A stretch of 64,000 bases of DNA from Clostridiales bacterium (GTDB taxonomy: Bacteria; Bacillota; Dehalobacteriia; UBA7702), in assembly GCA_040766525.1 (NCBI GenBank), contig JAXGQI010000003.1:16335-80334 (forward strand), given 5' to 3'. The notes under the pieces were generated by a model that was given only the letters and a program-made list of their open reading frames with translations, had not been told where the DNA came from and did no database searches. Position numbers and translations under genes: made by a program. The number at the start of each line of letters is the position of its first letter. Positions within the stretch are counted from its first letter, which is position 1. Positions 51,112-60,369 of the stretch are shown piece by piece.

Positions 51112-51249
51112 TTAGTCTTCTTCGGAGAACTCGTCTTTCCCTACGCCACAAACCGGGCAAGTCCAATCTTCCGGCAAATCAGCGAAAAGAACGCCTTCTT
51201 CTTCTTCGTCATAAACATAACCACAGACACCACATACAAATTTTGCCAT
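51112..51249 (-). CDS. rubredoxin (45 aa; missing from the ORF track because it is under 60 aa)
   Basis: [45 protein letters not shown] with two CxxC pairs. Strong RBS (AAGGAGGA). Confidence 0.9.
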   Translation of the reverse strand: MAKFVCGVCGYVYDEEEEGVLFADLPEDWTCPVCGVGKDEFSEED

Positions 51250-51453
51250 TTTTATCTTCCTCCTTAATTTCCATATATTATCTGCCAACTATGGCTCCAT
51301 TATAAACAATATTTGACTTCCTGTCATCAGAAATCTCATATAATCTTAAAAAAATCACAAACCGTCAAATGATTTTAATATATTATCCCGCTTCCGTATA
51401 GGAAAAACAAAACGCCCCGCATCTGCCTAACAGTGGCAAAACGAGGCGTTTTT

Positions 51454-52044
51454 TTACTTATCTAAATTATGTCCCATCAAAACAGGATAATCCTCAGAGA
51501 AACTAAAATGGGTATATACACCGTGGAGAAAGGTGAAGTGCCAGCAATCTTTGGCTTCCATCCCCAAAAGGAGCGCCATCAAAACGGTAAGAAAGCCATG
51601 ATGTCCAACGACGGCCACCGCATCTTTCTCCGCCGCAAACAGCGTCTCTTTAAAAGCCTCGGCCCGTTTGGAAAGATCGTGAAAAGATTCCCCTCCCGGC
51701 GGTGCGATATGAAAATAATCTGCCGCCCATGCTTGCCAATGGGGATCTCCTTCCAATTCGGAATAATGTTTCCCTTCCCAAGCGCCGAAATTAAGCTCCC
51801 GTAGATCGTCGTCTCGGCAAAAGAAATCCGCTTCCCTTAAGGGGAAAATCCGTTTTGCGGTATCCCCAGCCCGCTTCAAAGGGCTTACAAAGCAAAGATC
51901 CACCGGGATCTCAGCAAAAACAGGGCGAAGCTTGTCCGCATCCGTTTCCCCTTTGGAGGTAAGCGCACAATCGGTAGCGCCATAGTAGACCTTTTTCAGG
52001 TTCAATTCCGTCTCGCCGTGGCGAAAGAGATAAAGATTTTTCAC
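51454..52044 (-). CDS. cobC: histidine-phosphatase family protein, probable alpha-ribazole phosphatase
   Basis: LYLFRHGETELN (RHG motif) and a later H in GHHGFL; sits after cobT-cobU. Confidence 0.7.
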   Translation of the reverse strand: MKNLYLFRHGETELNLKKVYYGATDCALTSKGETDADKLRPVFAEIPVDLCFVSPLKRAGDTAKRIFPLREADFFCRDDDLRELNFGAWEGKHYSELEGDPHWQAWAADYFHIAPPGGESFHDLSKRAEAFKETLFAAEKDAVAVVGHHGFLTVLMALLLGMEAKDCWHFTFLHGVYTHFSFSEDYPVLMGHNLDK

Positions 52045-52050
52045 GCTATT

Positions 52051-52614
52051 CTACCCTTTCAATTTGACGGTTAAACCGGAGACCACAAGATATGCCTCAT
52101 CGGCAGCGGCAGCCAGCCGTTGATTGACCCGCCCTAAAACATCACGGAAAAACCGGGCCAAAGGATATTCCGGCACAAGGCCGAAGCCCACTTCATTGCT
52201 GACCATGATCAAATCTGCTTGTAACCGAGAAAACGATGCGATAAAACGGTCGATTTCCGCCATCACTTCCGCTTCCGCCGCATTCATCTCCTCAATCGAG
52301 ATCTCCTCTTTTGCCAACGCCGGATGATCAAAAAGCAGATTGGTACTCATAATGGTAACGCAATCCAAAAGCATCCCCTGGTATTGGCCGCTTCTCTCCG
52401 GCAGGACTTCCCCCAGCCCCCGATAGGATTCCAAAGTATCCCACTCGGCGGGGCGGTTATTCTGATGCCGCCGAATGCGTTCCACCATCTCTTCATCAAT
52501 GGCTTTCGCAGTCGCAATATAAAGGATCCGCTCCCCTTTTTCCCGCACAAGATTTTCCGCAAAAGTGCTTTTGCCGCTGCGGGCGCCACCGGTGACAAAT
52601 GTGATTTTCGCCAT
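52051..52614 (-). CDS. cobU: adenosylcobinamide kinase / adenosylcobinamide-phosphate guanylyltransferase
   Basis: P-loop TGGARSGKS; 187 aa; cob context. Confidence 0.85.
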   Translation of the reverse strand: MAKITFVTGGARSGKSTFAENLVREKGERILYIATAKAIDEEMVERIRRHQNNRPAEWDTLESYRGLGEVLPERSGQYQGMLLDCVTIMSTNLLFDHPALAKEEISIEEMNAAEAEVMAEIDRFIASFSRLQADLIMVSNEVGFGLVPEYPLARFFRDVLGRVNQRLAAAADEAYLVVSGLTVKLKG

Positions 52615-52617
52615 TTT

Positions 52618-53691
52618 TTACTCCCGAATATCTACCAAAGTTTCATTGCTCACCGTTGCTTCCGCAAAAGTGGCCATATGATTCATGATCGCCAATGCGC
52701 AATCGACCACATGGAAGGCCAACGGGCAACCGCTCCCTTCGCCCAAACGCATGTCAAGATTTAAGATCGGCTCCATATCGATCTGGGCCATCATCGCCAA
52801 AAATCCCGGTTCAGCCGAACTGTGGGAAGGGATCATATATTGGCGGCTGAGCGGGTTCATCCGATAGGCGACCAGCGCCGCAGCAGCGGAAATGAACCCG
52901 TCCACCACGACCGGAACCTTATGGGCAGCCGCAGCCAAGAAAACCCCGGTTAAACCGGCAATATCAAAACCGCCGACCTTGGCAACAACATCGATGGGAT
53001 CATCCTTATCCGGCTGGTTCAACTCCAGCGCCTTTTTCAACACTGATTTTTTATAATTATGGGCTTCATCGGTGAGGCCTGCGCCTTTCCCGACCGCTAT
53101 ATCAATTTCAACGCCTCCCAAAGCAGCCAAGATACAACTGCTGGAGCTGGTGTTGCCAATGCCCATTTCGCCCGTGCCGATCAGATCATAGCCTTGTTCG
53201 ATCAAGCTTTCCGCTACTTCGATACCGATTTCCATCGCCTTGACCGCATCCTCTCTGGACATTGCGGGGCCTTTGGCAAAATTGGCGGTACCATTGGCGA
53301 TCTTTTTCTGAAGAACACCGGGAAAAGCCGAGGTATCCCCATTAACACCAATATCAACGACGGTAAGATCCGCTCCTGCTTCCTTCGCCAACACCGCTAC
53401 GCCGGTAACCCCTTTCATAAAATTACCGGTCATAATCAAAGTTACCACCTGGGGCGCAGCAGCAACGCCTTCTTCAACGATGCCATTGTCCGCCGACATG
53501 ACGATAATCCCTTTTTTCTTGATTTCATTTTTCACTTGGCCGGTAATCCCGGCGATCTGTGCGGAAATGGCCTCTAAGCGGCCAAGACTGCCAATCGGTT
53601 TTACCAAGTCGTCCAAACGGGCGCGGGCGGCAGCCACCGCAGTTTCATCAATAGGGGTAATTTGGGCCAGGGTTTTTTGTAGTAACTCCAT
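52618..53691 (-). CDS. cobT: nicotinate-nucleotide--dimethylbenzimidazole phosphoribosyltransferase
   Basis: GEMGIGNTSSSS and GEGSG motifs. Start set at ATG 53691 (MELLQ), 8 nt after AAGGAG; the track start GTG 53700 abuts the RBS. Confidence 0.88.
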   Translation of the reverse strand: MELLQKTLAQITPIDETAVAAARARLDDLVKPIGSLGRLEAISAQIAGITGQVKNEIKKKGIIVMSADNGIVEEGVAAAPQVVTLIMTGNFMKGVTGVAVLAKEAGADLTVVDIGVNGDTSAFPGVLQKKIANGTANFAKGPAMSREDAVKAMEIGIEVAESLIEQGYDLIGTGEMGIGNTSSSSCILAALGGVEIDIAVGKGAGLTDEAHNYKKSVLKKALELNQPDKDDPIDVVAKVGGFDIAGLTGVFLAAAAHKVPVVVDGFISAAAALVAYRMNPLSRQYMIPSHSSAEPGFLAMMAQIDMEPILNLDMRLGEGSGCPLAFHVVDCALAIMNHMATFAEATVSNETLVDIRE

Positions 53692-53711
53692 CTTGTTCAC
53701 TCCTTAAAATA

Positions 53712-53948
53712 AATAATCCGCACCTATGGAGGTGCGGATATGAGACAATGCAACCCGCAACCTTCCCTCCCGAGGTTGAGGCAAATAATTTGGCAGGTTT
53801 CCTGACTCGAGGATCTCCTTACTTTCCGGCCTTCTCAGCGTTAGCCAATGGCGATTCGGATTTCATCCCCTCTTACAGTAGCGGGTGCTGTAACGGCATT
53901 GAACCGTTTTCCCTTTTACCCAAAAATTTGGCACCGTTCCCATATTCT
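53712..53948 (-). promoter_or_regulatory. cobalamin (B12) riboswitch with terminator expression platform
   Basis: The minus strand contains GGGAACGGTGCC..., CAGCACCCGCTACTGTAAGAGG and the B12-box-like AGTCAGGAAACCTGCC. It ends in hairpin ATCCGCACCTccatAGGTGCGGAT plus a T-rich tract just before the cobT RBS. Confidence 0.85.
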
Positions 53949-53958
53949 ACTAACAACA

Positions 53959-53986
53959 AGTATAACAAAAAAATTCTACTTGTCAA
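53959..53986 (-). promoter_or_regulatory. sigma70-type promoter of the riboswitch-cobTUC unit
   Basis: The minus strand reads TTGACA, 16 nt, TATACT. Confidence 0.5.
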
Positions 53987-54001
53987 TGGCAAAATCCGTC
54001 A

Positions 54002-54353
54002 AGACCAAATCTATAAGCCGAGTTCTGTTTCGATCATCATCTATCTAGTCTTATAGTCGCCTATAAGCTCATGCAACCTAACCCGGAAGCGGAGCGGGCA
54101 ACTCCACATGCTTCCCTATTCGGTCTTGCACCAGGTGGGGTTTACCTGGCCAGCCTGTTACCAGGCTGCCGGTGCGCTCTTACCGCACCGTTCCACCCTT
54201 ACCTTCAACCGAAGCGGTCAAAGGCGGTTTATTTCTGTGGCACTATCCTTAAGGTCGCCCTCACCGGCCGTTAGCCGGCACCCTGCCCTATGGTGCTCGG
54301 ACTTTCCTCAGGAAAGGCAAAATGCCTCTCCCGCGATGATCCAATTTGCTCTA
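54002..54353 (-). ncRNA. rnpB: RNase P RNA
   Basis: The minus strand contains GAGGAAAGTCCGAGC (P4 5' strand), GGTAAGGGTG.AACGGTGCGGTAAGAGCGCACC and ACAGAACTCGGCTTATAG (P4 3' strand). Ends are approximate (+/-10 nt). Track ORFs 54071-54359 are spurious. Confidence 0.88.
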
Positions 54354-54420
54354 TCTTGAATTTTGCTTTTATAGTATAGCGTCTCTGCTATAAAAAAGCA
54401 AGCTGTAATCTCTTCCAGTT

Positions 54421-55125
54421 TTACCCGCAGAGGAAGCGGCCGCAAAAATCGCAGCGAACGGCACGGTAATCGACCACTGCTTTTTCCACAGATAATTGGG
54501 GGTTCCGCCGATGGCAGCCAGTGCAAATATTGCCGTCCGTAACGAGGGCCAAAGGCTTCCCTTGAAAGCGGTCCCTTTCCACCAAAAACCACTCCATATC
54601 GGTTTCGCTGATCTTTTCCGCCAGTGCCTCCAATTCTTCCGTAAAAACGGCAATCTTTTCCTCATATTCCGTTCTCATCGAGCTGATACTATCCTTGACT
54701 TCCCCGAATTGCTGCTGCCGCTGTTTGATGGCGGTGCTTCTTTTCACCAGTTCTTCCCGTTCTTTTTCCAAGCCCTCCTGGATCCTACTGATCTCGTTTT
54801 CCGCCCGCTCCTGTTCAAGGCGCAGATTTTTCCCTTTTTCCTCCATGGCAGAAAGCTCTCGTCCATTGGTGATCGTACCGCTATACATTTTTTCTTCGAT
54901 CGTGGCAATCCTTTCTATGAGCATCGCCTTTTCCCCATCTTTTAAGTGCAATTCCCGTTTGAGTTCCGTGCTGTTTTTCTGGCTTTGCAGATAACCGGCC
55001 TTCTCCACCTCGAACTCTGCTTTCAGCCGTTTCAAATCCGACAGGGGCAATGACTGTTCCATTTCCCGTTGCAACTTTTCTTTGCCCAACAGTTTTTCCT
55101 GGTATTCATAAAGGGTAGGGATCAT
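54421..55125 (-). CDS. coiled-coil zinc-ribbon protein (COG1579-like)
   Basis: Long heptad-like Glu/Lys-rich body and a C-terminal CTGC...CDFCGR zinc ribbon. Conserved neighbour of Nif3-family genes. Confidence 0.75.
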   Translation of the reverse strand: MIPTLYEYQEKLLGKEKLQREMEQSLPLSDLKRLKAEFEVEKAGYLQSQKNSTELKRELHLKDGEKAMLIERIATIEEKMYSGTITNGRELSAMEEKGKNLRLEQERAENEISRIQEGLEKEREELVKRSTAIKQRQQQFGEVKDSISSMRTEYEEKIAVFTEELEALAEKISETDMEWFLVERDRFQGKPLALVTDGNICTGCHRRNPQLSVEKAVVDYRAVRCDFCGRFLCG

Positions 55126-55174
55126 ATTGCACCTCCAATAAATAGAGGACAGCCCACATCGTCTGTCCTTCTGC

Positions 55175-55984
55175 TTAATGATACGCCCAAATATCTTTAC
55201 ATTTCTTACTAATCAAAATTTCCATACCGGTAATCACACGGAGCTTTTCCGCCAGCGGTTCCAATACGCCGACTTCTGTTCCGTAATGACCGGCGTCGAT
55301 TAAAGCCAGCCCCAATTCGGCGGCTTTGTCTCCATCATGGTATTTAAAATCGCCGCTGACAAAGGCGTCCGCCCCCATTTTCGCAGCTTCCTCCATCATC
55401 GAGGCGCCACTACCGCCCAAAACCGCTACGGAGGAGATCCGTTTCTCCGCGTTACCCGTATATTTGATGACCGGCAACAGTAAGGTTTCTTTCACTTTGT
55501 CCGCAAAATCCGCTAAGTGTTGCGGCTCCTCCAAGCGACCCAAACAGCCCAAACCGACGCGATGTTCGGTCTCTTCCGGCGGACTCGTATCCTCTTCGGG
55601 GCAAAGGATTTCCCTGTCAATCAGGCCCAGCCGATCGGCAAGCGCCACATTGACGCCAAAAGGCGCTTTATCCAAATTGGTATGCAGGGAAAGCAGCGCT
55701 AACCCCTTCTCGATCAAATCATAGATCAGGCGGCCCTTCCCCTTGCTGCCATCAATGGAGTGCAAGGGCTGGAATAAAAGGGGATGATGGGTAATGATCA
55801 GATCCGCCTGCTCCTCGATGGCTTCGGCTAAAACATCCTCCCGAAAATCAAGGGCCAATAAAATCTTATGACAAGAGGATTCCGGATTGCCGATCTGCAA
55901 ACCGCTATTATCATACGACTCCTGTAAGGACTTGGGGCAAATGGTTTCAATTATCGCCAGGATCTCCTTCAACTTTGCCATCAT
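55175..55984 (-). CDS. Nif3-family dinuclear metal centre protein
   Basis: DNSGLQIG near the N-terminus, ITHHPL, GHY..E near the C-terminus; 269 aa. Confidence 0.85.
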   Translation of the reverse strand: MMAKLKEILAIIETICPKSLQESYDNSGLQIGNPESSCHKILLALDFREDVLAEAIEEQADLIITHHPLLFQPLHSIDGSKGKGRLIYDLIEKGLALLSLHTNLDKAPFGVNVALADRLGLIDREILCPEEDTSPPEETEHRVGLGCLGRLEEPQHLADFADKVKETLLLPVIKYTGNAEKRISSVAVLGGSGASMMEEAAKMGADAFVSGDFKYHDGDKAAELGLALIDAGHYGTEVGVLEPLAEKLRVITGMEILISKKCKDIWAYH

Positions 55985-56652
55985 TCCAACTCCTTTAAAA
56001 ACTGCAACTCTTGCTTCAATAATGCTCTGCGATCTTGCCCCTGGTTATTTTGGGTTAATTGCCGCAAGATTGACTCACGGCGTTCGATTTGTTCTTGTAA
56101 GAATTCTGCGAGGATCGGTTCACGCCGCGCCAATAGCAACGGCCCTAAAAGCGCCTCTTCCCATGTTAAGGTCATGGTGCCTTTTTCCGCCTTGATGACG
56201 GTATAAAAAATACCGTCCTCCCGAATCAGCGTTTCTGCGCTGATCCGCATCCCATGCTCGGTCAAATACTGCCGAATTTGATCCGTATCCCGCATCGCCT
56301 GAATCAAAAGGGTATCAAAACTTTGGAAAAGCTCAGGACTCGCCGAAAAAATCTTGATGATCGTACCGCCTCCCATGCCGGCCAAGACCGCCGTTTGGGC
56401 TTCTCCCGGCTCCAGCACGGAAAACCCGGCTCCACAGCGAAAAACGATCCGATCCTTATAAGGAGAAGTCTTAAAAAACTGCCGCGCCCGATTTAAAGAA
56501 AGGGGAGATAGATCCGTCAAAATAATCTTTTTGGCGATCCCCCTTTGCAAAAGCGCATAGGATAATTCACCGCGATCGCCGCCAATATCCGCGACGATGC
56601 CGCCGGGAGGGATCAAAGCGACAATTTCTTCTAATCTTCGGGACAGTTGCAA
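55981..56652 (-). CDS. trmK: tRNA (adenine22-N1)-methyltransferase
   Basis: (M)QLSRRLEEIVALIPPGGIVADIGGDRGEL.. matches the TrmK N-terminus. Start reassigned to TTG 56652, 7 nt after AGGAGA; the track ORF extends 118 codons further through the divergent promoter region. Confidence 0.75.
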   Translation of the reverse strand: MQLSRRLEEIVALIPPGGIVADIGGDRGELSYALLQRGIAKKIILTDLSPLSLNRARQFFKTSPYKDRIVFRCGAGFSVLEPGEAQTAVLAGMGGGTIIKIFSASPELFQSFDTLLIQAMRDTDQIRQYLTEHGMRISAETLIREDGIFYTVIKAEKGTMTLTWEEALLGPLLLARREPILAEFLQEQIERRESILRQLTQNNQGQDRRALLKQELQFLKELE

Positions 56653-56790
56653 AACTATTCTCCTTTCATAGCTCCAGTATAACATAAATGAAAAAAGTAT
56701 TGCAATGACAAAAAAAACACGGTAGAATGGACATGATTTTTCAGTTTTGTTTATTGATCGAAAACCTGAAATAATTGGGAGGATGAGAAG

Positions 56791-57681
56791 ATGGAAAAAA
56801 TCACTATCTACGGCGCCGGAGTGCAGGGATCGATGTTGGCTTATCGTTGTGCCGTCTACGGCAAAAGCGTTGCCCTCTTCGACATTAATGAGGCAGTCTT
56901 GACCAAGGCAAAAGAAAAAATTACAAACTGGCTGGAAAAATATGCCGCCCAAGGCCGCTACACTTTTAAGGAAGCCGAGGCTTATGCCGCTGCTATCAGT
57001 TATCACAAAGACATGGCGTCTGCTTTGGACGAAGCAGATTTAGCCATCGAATGCGTACCGGAGAACCTGGAATTAAAACAACGGGTTTGGGCCGAGATCG
57101 ACCAAGCTGCTCCCGAAAAAACCTTTCTGACCACCAACAGTTCTTCCCTAAAATCATCGGAAATCGGTCGGGATGTCGCAAGAAAGGGTAAAACCTTCAA
57201 TGTCAACTTCATGACGCCGACCGAAGACGATCTGGTTGAGGTCATGTGGAATCAATACACCACGGAAGAAACCAAGAAATACGCGCTTGATTTTCTCCAC
57301 AGTATTGATTGCGTACCTACAGTAACGACGAAAGAAATCAAAGGATTTTCCTTAAACCGCGTTTGGCGGGCCATTAAAAAGGAATGTTTAAAACTTTGGG
57401 CAGAAGGCTATATCCAACCGGAAGATTTAGACCGTGCTTTTATGCTGGAATGGGATACCGCCGACGGACCTTTCGGCCGCATGGATAAAGTGGGGCTTGA
57501 TGTGATCCGCGATATCGAACTAAGCTATTATCGGGAAAGCGGCGATCCCACGGATTTGCCCCCCCAAGCCCTGGAAGATTTGGTCGCCCAGGGGAAACTG
57601 GGAGAAAAAAGCGGGGAAGGATTTTACACCTATCCCAATCCCAGCTATCTGGCAGAAGATTTTTTGAAAGGCAAAAAATAA
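56791..57681 (+). CDS. 3-hydroxyacyl-CoA dehydrogenase family protein
   Basis: N-terminal IYGAGVQGS Rossmann motif and a C-terminal 3HCDH-type domain (GPFGRMDKVGLDV). Confidence 0.75.
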   Translation: MEKITIYGAGVQGSMLAYRCAVYGKSVALFDINEAVLTKAKEKITNWLEKYAAQGRYTFKEAEAYAAAISYHKDMASALDEADLAIECVPENLELKQRVWAEIDQAAPEKTFLTTNSSSLKSSEIGRDVARKGKTFNVNFMTPTEDDLVEVMWNQYTTEETKKYALDFLHSIDCVPTVTTKEIKGFSLNRVWRAIKKECLKLWAEGYIQPEDLDRAFMLEWDTADGPFGRMDKVGLDVIRDIELSYYRESGDPTDLPPQALEDLVAQGKLGEKSGEGFYTYPNPSYLAEDFLKGKK

Positions 57682-57691
57682 GGAGGGCAAC

Positions 57692-58636
57692 ATGAAAAAA
57701 GTAAGCGACATCAAAAAAGTAGCCGTTTTGGGCTGCGGTTTTATCGGATTTAGTTGGGCTGTTGTTTTTTCCCGCAATGGCATCGAGGTCAACCTCTATA
57801 ATCGGCCGGGGAAAAGTTATGATATGGCTTTAGAAAAAGTACGGGGCGGATTGGAATTTTTAGCCACCGAAGGCATGATCACGCAGGAAACAGTGGAAGA
57901 AGCAATGGGCCGGGTCCATCTCTTCGATACTTTAGAAGCTGCCTTGGAAGGCGCCGATTATGTGCAGGAATGCTTCCCGGAAGACCTCGCATTAAAACAG
58001 GATTCCTATAAAAAGATCAGCGACCTTACCGCTGCCGATGTGGCCATCGGTTCCAGCTGCTCGGGGCTTCGCATCTCGGATATCGCCGCCAAAGTAACCA
58101 ACTATCCCGAACGCTGCATCGTTGCCCATCCTACCAACCCTCCTCATTTGATCCCCTTTATGGAAATCTCCGGGGACAATGCCGCAATGGAAGTGAAAGA
58201 AGGCGTTTATCAATTCATGGAAGCCGTGGGCCAAAAACCCATTCTCTGCAAAGAAGTCTACGCTTATGTATTGAACCGCTTGCAGCTGGCATTGATTCAA
58301 GAAGCGCTCTATCTCGTCAAAGAGGATATCTGTACAGTTGAAGGCGTAGAACGCGCCATCACCGACGGTCTTGGCTTACGCTGGGCTTTCACCGGACCCT
58401 ATGGCGTAGAAGAATTAAATTCCGCTACCCTGGAAGAAGGCCTCAAAAAATATAAGGAATATATGCTCTTGGGCTTCCCGCAATTAGGGAAAATCAGTGA
58501 ATATGACGATGGCTTTGTGGAAAAAGCCGTCGCCGGTTTCAAACCGCAGATGAAAGGGAAAACCCACGAAGAATATCTGCTCTGGCGGGACCAAATGGTC
58601 ACCCGCACGCGGATTCTAAAAAATAATAATCAGTAA
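57692..58636 (+). CDS. 3-hydroxyacyl-CoA dehydrogenase family protein (lambda-crystallin / L-carnitine-dehydrogenase-like)
   Basis: VAVLGCGFIGFSWA Rossmann motif, HPTNPPHLIP, LNRLQLALIQEA. Confidence 0.7.
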   Translation: MKKVSDIKKVAVLGCGFIGFSWAVVFSRNGIEVNLYNRPGKSYDMALEKVRGGLEFLATEGMITQETVEEAMGRVHLFDTLEAALEGADYVQECFPEDLALKQDSYKKISDLTAADVAIGSSCSGLRISDIAAKVTNYPERCIVAHPTNPPHLIPFMEISGDNAAMEVKEGVYQFMEAVGQKPILCKEVYAYVLNRLQLALIQEALYLVKEDICTVEGVERAITDGLGLRWAFTGPYGVEELNSATLEEGLKKYKEYMLLGFPQLGKISEYDDGFVEKAVAGFKPQMKGKTHEEYLLWRDQMVTRTRILKNNNQ

Positions 58637-58901
58637 ACATATGCCGAGTTCATCTTGCTTGGCGCATCCTGATTCGTGATTCTTGCACACAAGATGATCG
58701 CCTATTGCGTAATCTAAAGAGCAAATCATAAACAAAAGGCCAGGACCGTATGTACATTTCAGTACATAGCGGAACTGGCCTTATAGCGTGTACGGTTAAT
58801 CAGTAATCTACAATTGACTTCCTATTATTTTGTATAACACACCTTGCAATCACGGCTACATAAGAGTACAATACATTCAATGAACTTTCCAGGGGGCGCT
58901 G

Positions 58902-60038
58902 ATGAAAAAGAATCCGGATCAAACAATAATAGAACCATTGTGGACGAAAAATTTCCTCCTCATCATGGCAACCAATCTTGTGGTTTTTTTGGGCTTTCAG
59001 ATCATTATGCCCATTATGCCTCTCTATATCCAATCTCTCGGCGTCAACGAGAGCCTGATCGGCATCGTGACCGGGGCTTTCACCTTGACCGGAGTTTTTA
59101 TCTGTCCCTTCGCCGGGCGGATCTTAGATGAGCGTGGGCGGCTCCCCATCTACATGCTGGGGCTTGCTATCTGCGCACTGTCCATTTTTTCTTATTCCCT
59201 GGCCAATACGGTTTTTCTCCTCCTCATGTTTCGGCTGATCCATGGCTTGGGCTGGGGTGTTGCTACCACCGGTGCCGGCACAATCGCCAGCGATTTGATT
59301 CCCCGCCCTCGGCTGGGGGAAGGGATGGGCTACTATGGTTTGACAACCGTCTTTGCCATGGCAATCGCCCCTTCCATTGGCTTACAACTGATCCATTATA
59401 CCAGTTATCATAACATATTCTTATTGTCGGGAACCATCACCATCGGCGCTCTTTTGCTCGCATTGCCGATTCGCATACCACCAATGGAGAAAAAACCGGA
59501 ACAAAAAGGCAGTCTCTTTGAGAAAACCGCTTATCGTCCCGCAGTCGCCATCTTTTTTATCACCCTCACCTATGGCGCCGTCGTAACCTTTTTAGCCATC
59601 TATACAACCCAGCTGGGAATCGCCAATATCGGCCCCTTCTTTACCGTCTATGCCATCACCCTCTTAGCAGTGCGGCCTTTAAGCGGAAAGTTAGCCGATA
59701 AAAAAGGAGATTCCATCGTCATCATCCCCGGGATCCTCGCCCTGATCATCGCCATGCTCCTTTTGGCATTCGCCAAAACGCTTCCCGTTTTCTTGCTGGC
59801 CGGCTTTGTCTACGGCGTAGGTTTCGGCGCCACGAATCCGGCGCTTCAAGCACTGGCGGTACGAAAAGTGGATCCAAGCCGCCGCGGAGCTGCCAACAGC
59901 ACCTATATGAACGGCTTTGATCTTGGCATCGGCTTAGGCGCCGTCATTTGGGGATTGATCAGTTCCGCGACCAGCTACTCTTTTATGTATGTGCTGACGG
60001 TGATTCCTTGCTTTTCTCCCTTTTCTTCTATCTATTGA
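58902..60038 (+). CDS. MFS transporter
   Basis: 378 aa, about 12 TM segments, loop motif GRILDERGR between TM2 and TM3. Confidence 0.85.
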   Translation: MKKNPDQTIIEPLWTKNFLLIMATNLVVFLGFQIIMPIMPLYIQSLGVNESLIGIVTGAFTLTGVFICPFAGRILDERGRLPIYMLGLAICALSIFSYSLANTVFLLLMFRLIHGLGWGVATTGAGTIASDLIPRPRLGEGMGYYGLTTVFAMAIAPSIGLQLIHYTSYHNIFLLSGTITIGALLLALPIRIPPMEKKPEQKGSLFEKTAYRPAVAIFFITLTYGAVVTFLAIYTTQLGIANIGPFFTVYAITLLAVRPLSGKLADKKGDSIVIIPGILALIIAMLLLAFAKTLPVFLLAGFVYGVGFGATNPALQALAVRKVDPSRRGAANSTYMNGFDLGIGLGAVIWGLISSATSYSFMYVLTVIPCFSPFSSIY

Positions 60039-60068
60039 TCGGAAAAGGGAATCAAAATCCAAGGAAGT

Positions 60069-60098
60069 TTTGCATAAATAGCGTAGATTTGCTATACT
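60069..60098 (+). promoter_or_regulatory. sigma70-type promoter for the small membrane protein gene
   Basis: TTGCAT, 18 nt, TATACT. Confidence 0.35.
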
Positions 60099-60140
60099 AA
60101 TGGCAAGTATTTTCATGAAATCGGATAAGGAGGTACGACC

Positions 60141-60311
60141 ATGGAAATCGGCGTTTCCGAAATCATCATGTCACTGTTGAATATTACTCTCTTACTGGGC
60201 AGCATTGCCGTTGTTGGTCTTATTTTGTACCTCGTTTATAAAGCGAAGGGCCATCAAAAGAGGATCAATGAACTGGAAGATCGGATTAAAGATCTGGAAG
60301 ACAAATCATAA
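60141..60311 (+). CDS. 56-aa single-TM protein with a coiled-coil-like tail (missing from the ORF track)
   Basis: MEIGVSEIIMSLLNITLLLGSIAVVGLILYLVYKAKGHQKRINELEDRIKDLEDKS. Strong RBS (AAGGAGG, 9 nt upstream) and a terminator follows. Confidence 0.6.
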   Translation: MEIGVSEIIMSLLNITLLLGSIAVVGLILYLVYKAKGHQKRINELEDRIKDLEDKS

Positions 60312-60343
60312 CAAACGAATAATAACCCTATAAACATAAAAAA

Positions 60344-60369
60344 ATGACACATTTTCGTGTCATTTTTTA
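60344..60369. terminator. bidirectional terminator between the small ORF and the end of the rRNA operon
   Basis: ATGACACattttcGTGTCAT flanked by A7 and T6. Confidence 0.75.

Noticed and set aside
53059-53577. 172-aa plus-strand ORF
   Set aside because: It is antisense to cobT.
53748-54359. ORFs of 66-102 aa
   Set aside because: They lie inside the B12 riboswitch/promoter region and the RNase P RNA.
55981-57006. 341-aa extended form of the trmK ORF
   Set aside because: The first ~118 codons cross the divergent promoter region and are antisense to the start of the dehydrogenase gene. The TrmK homology begins at TTG 56652, which has a good RBS.
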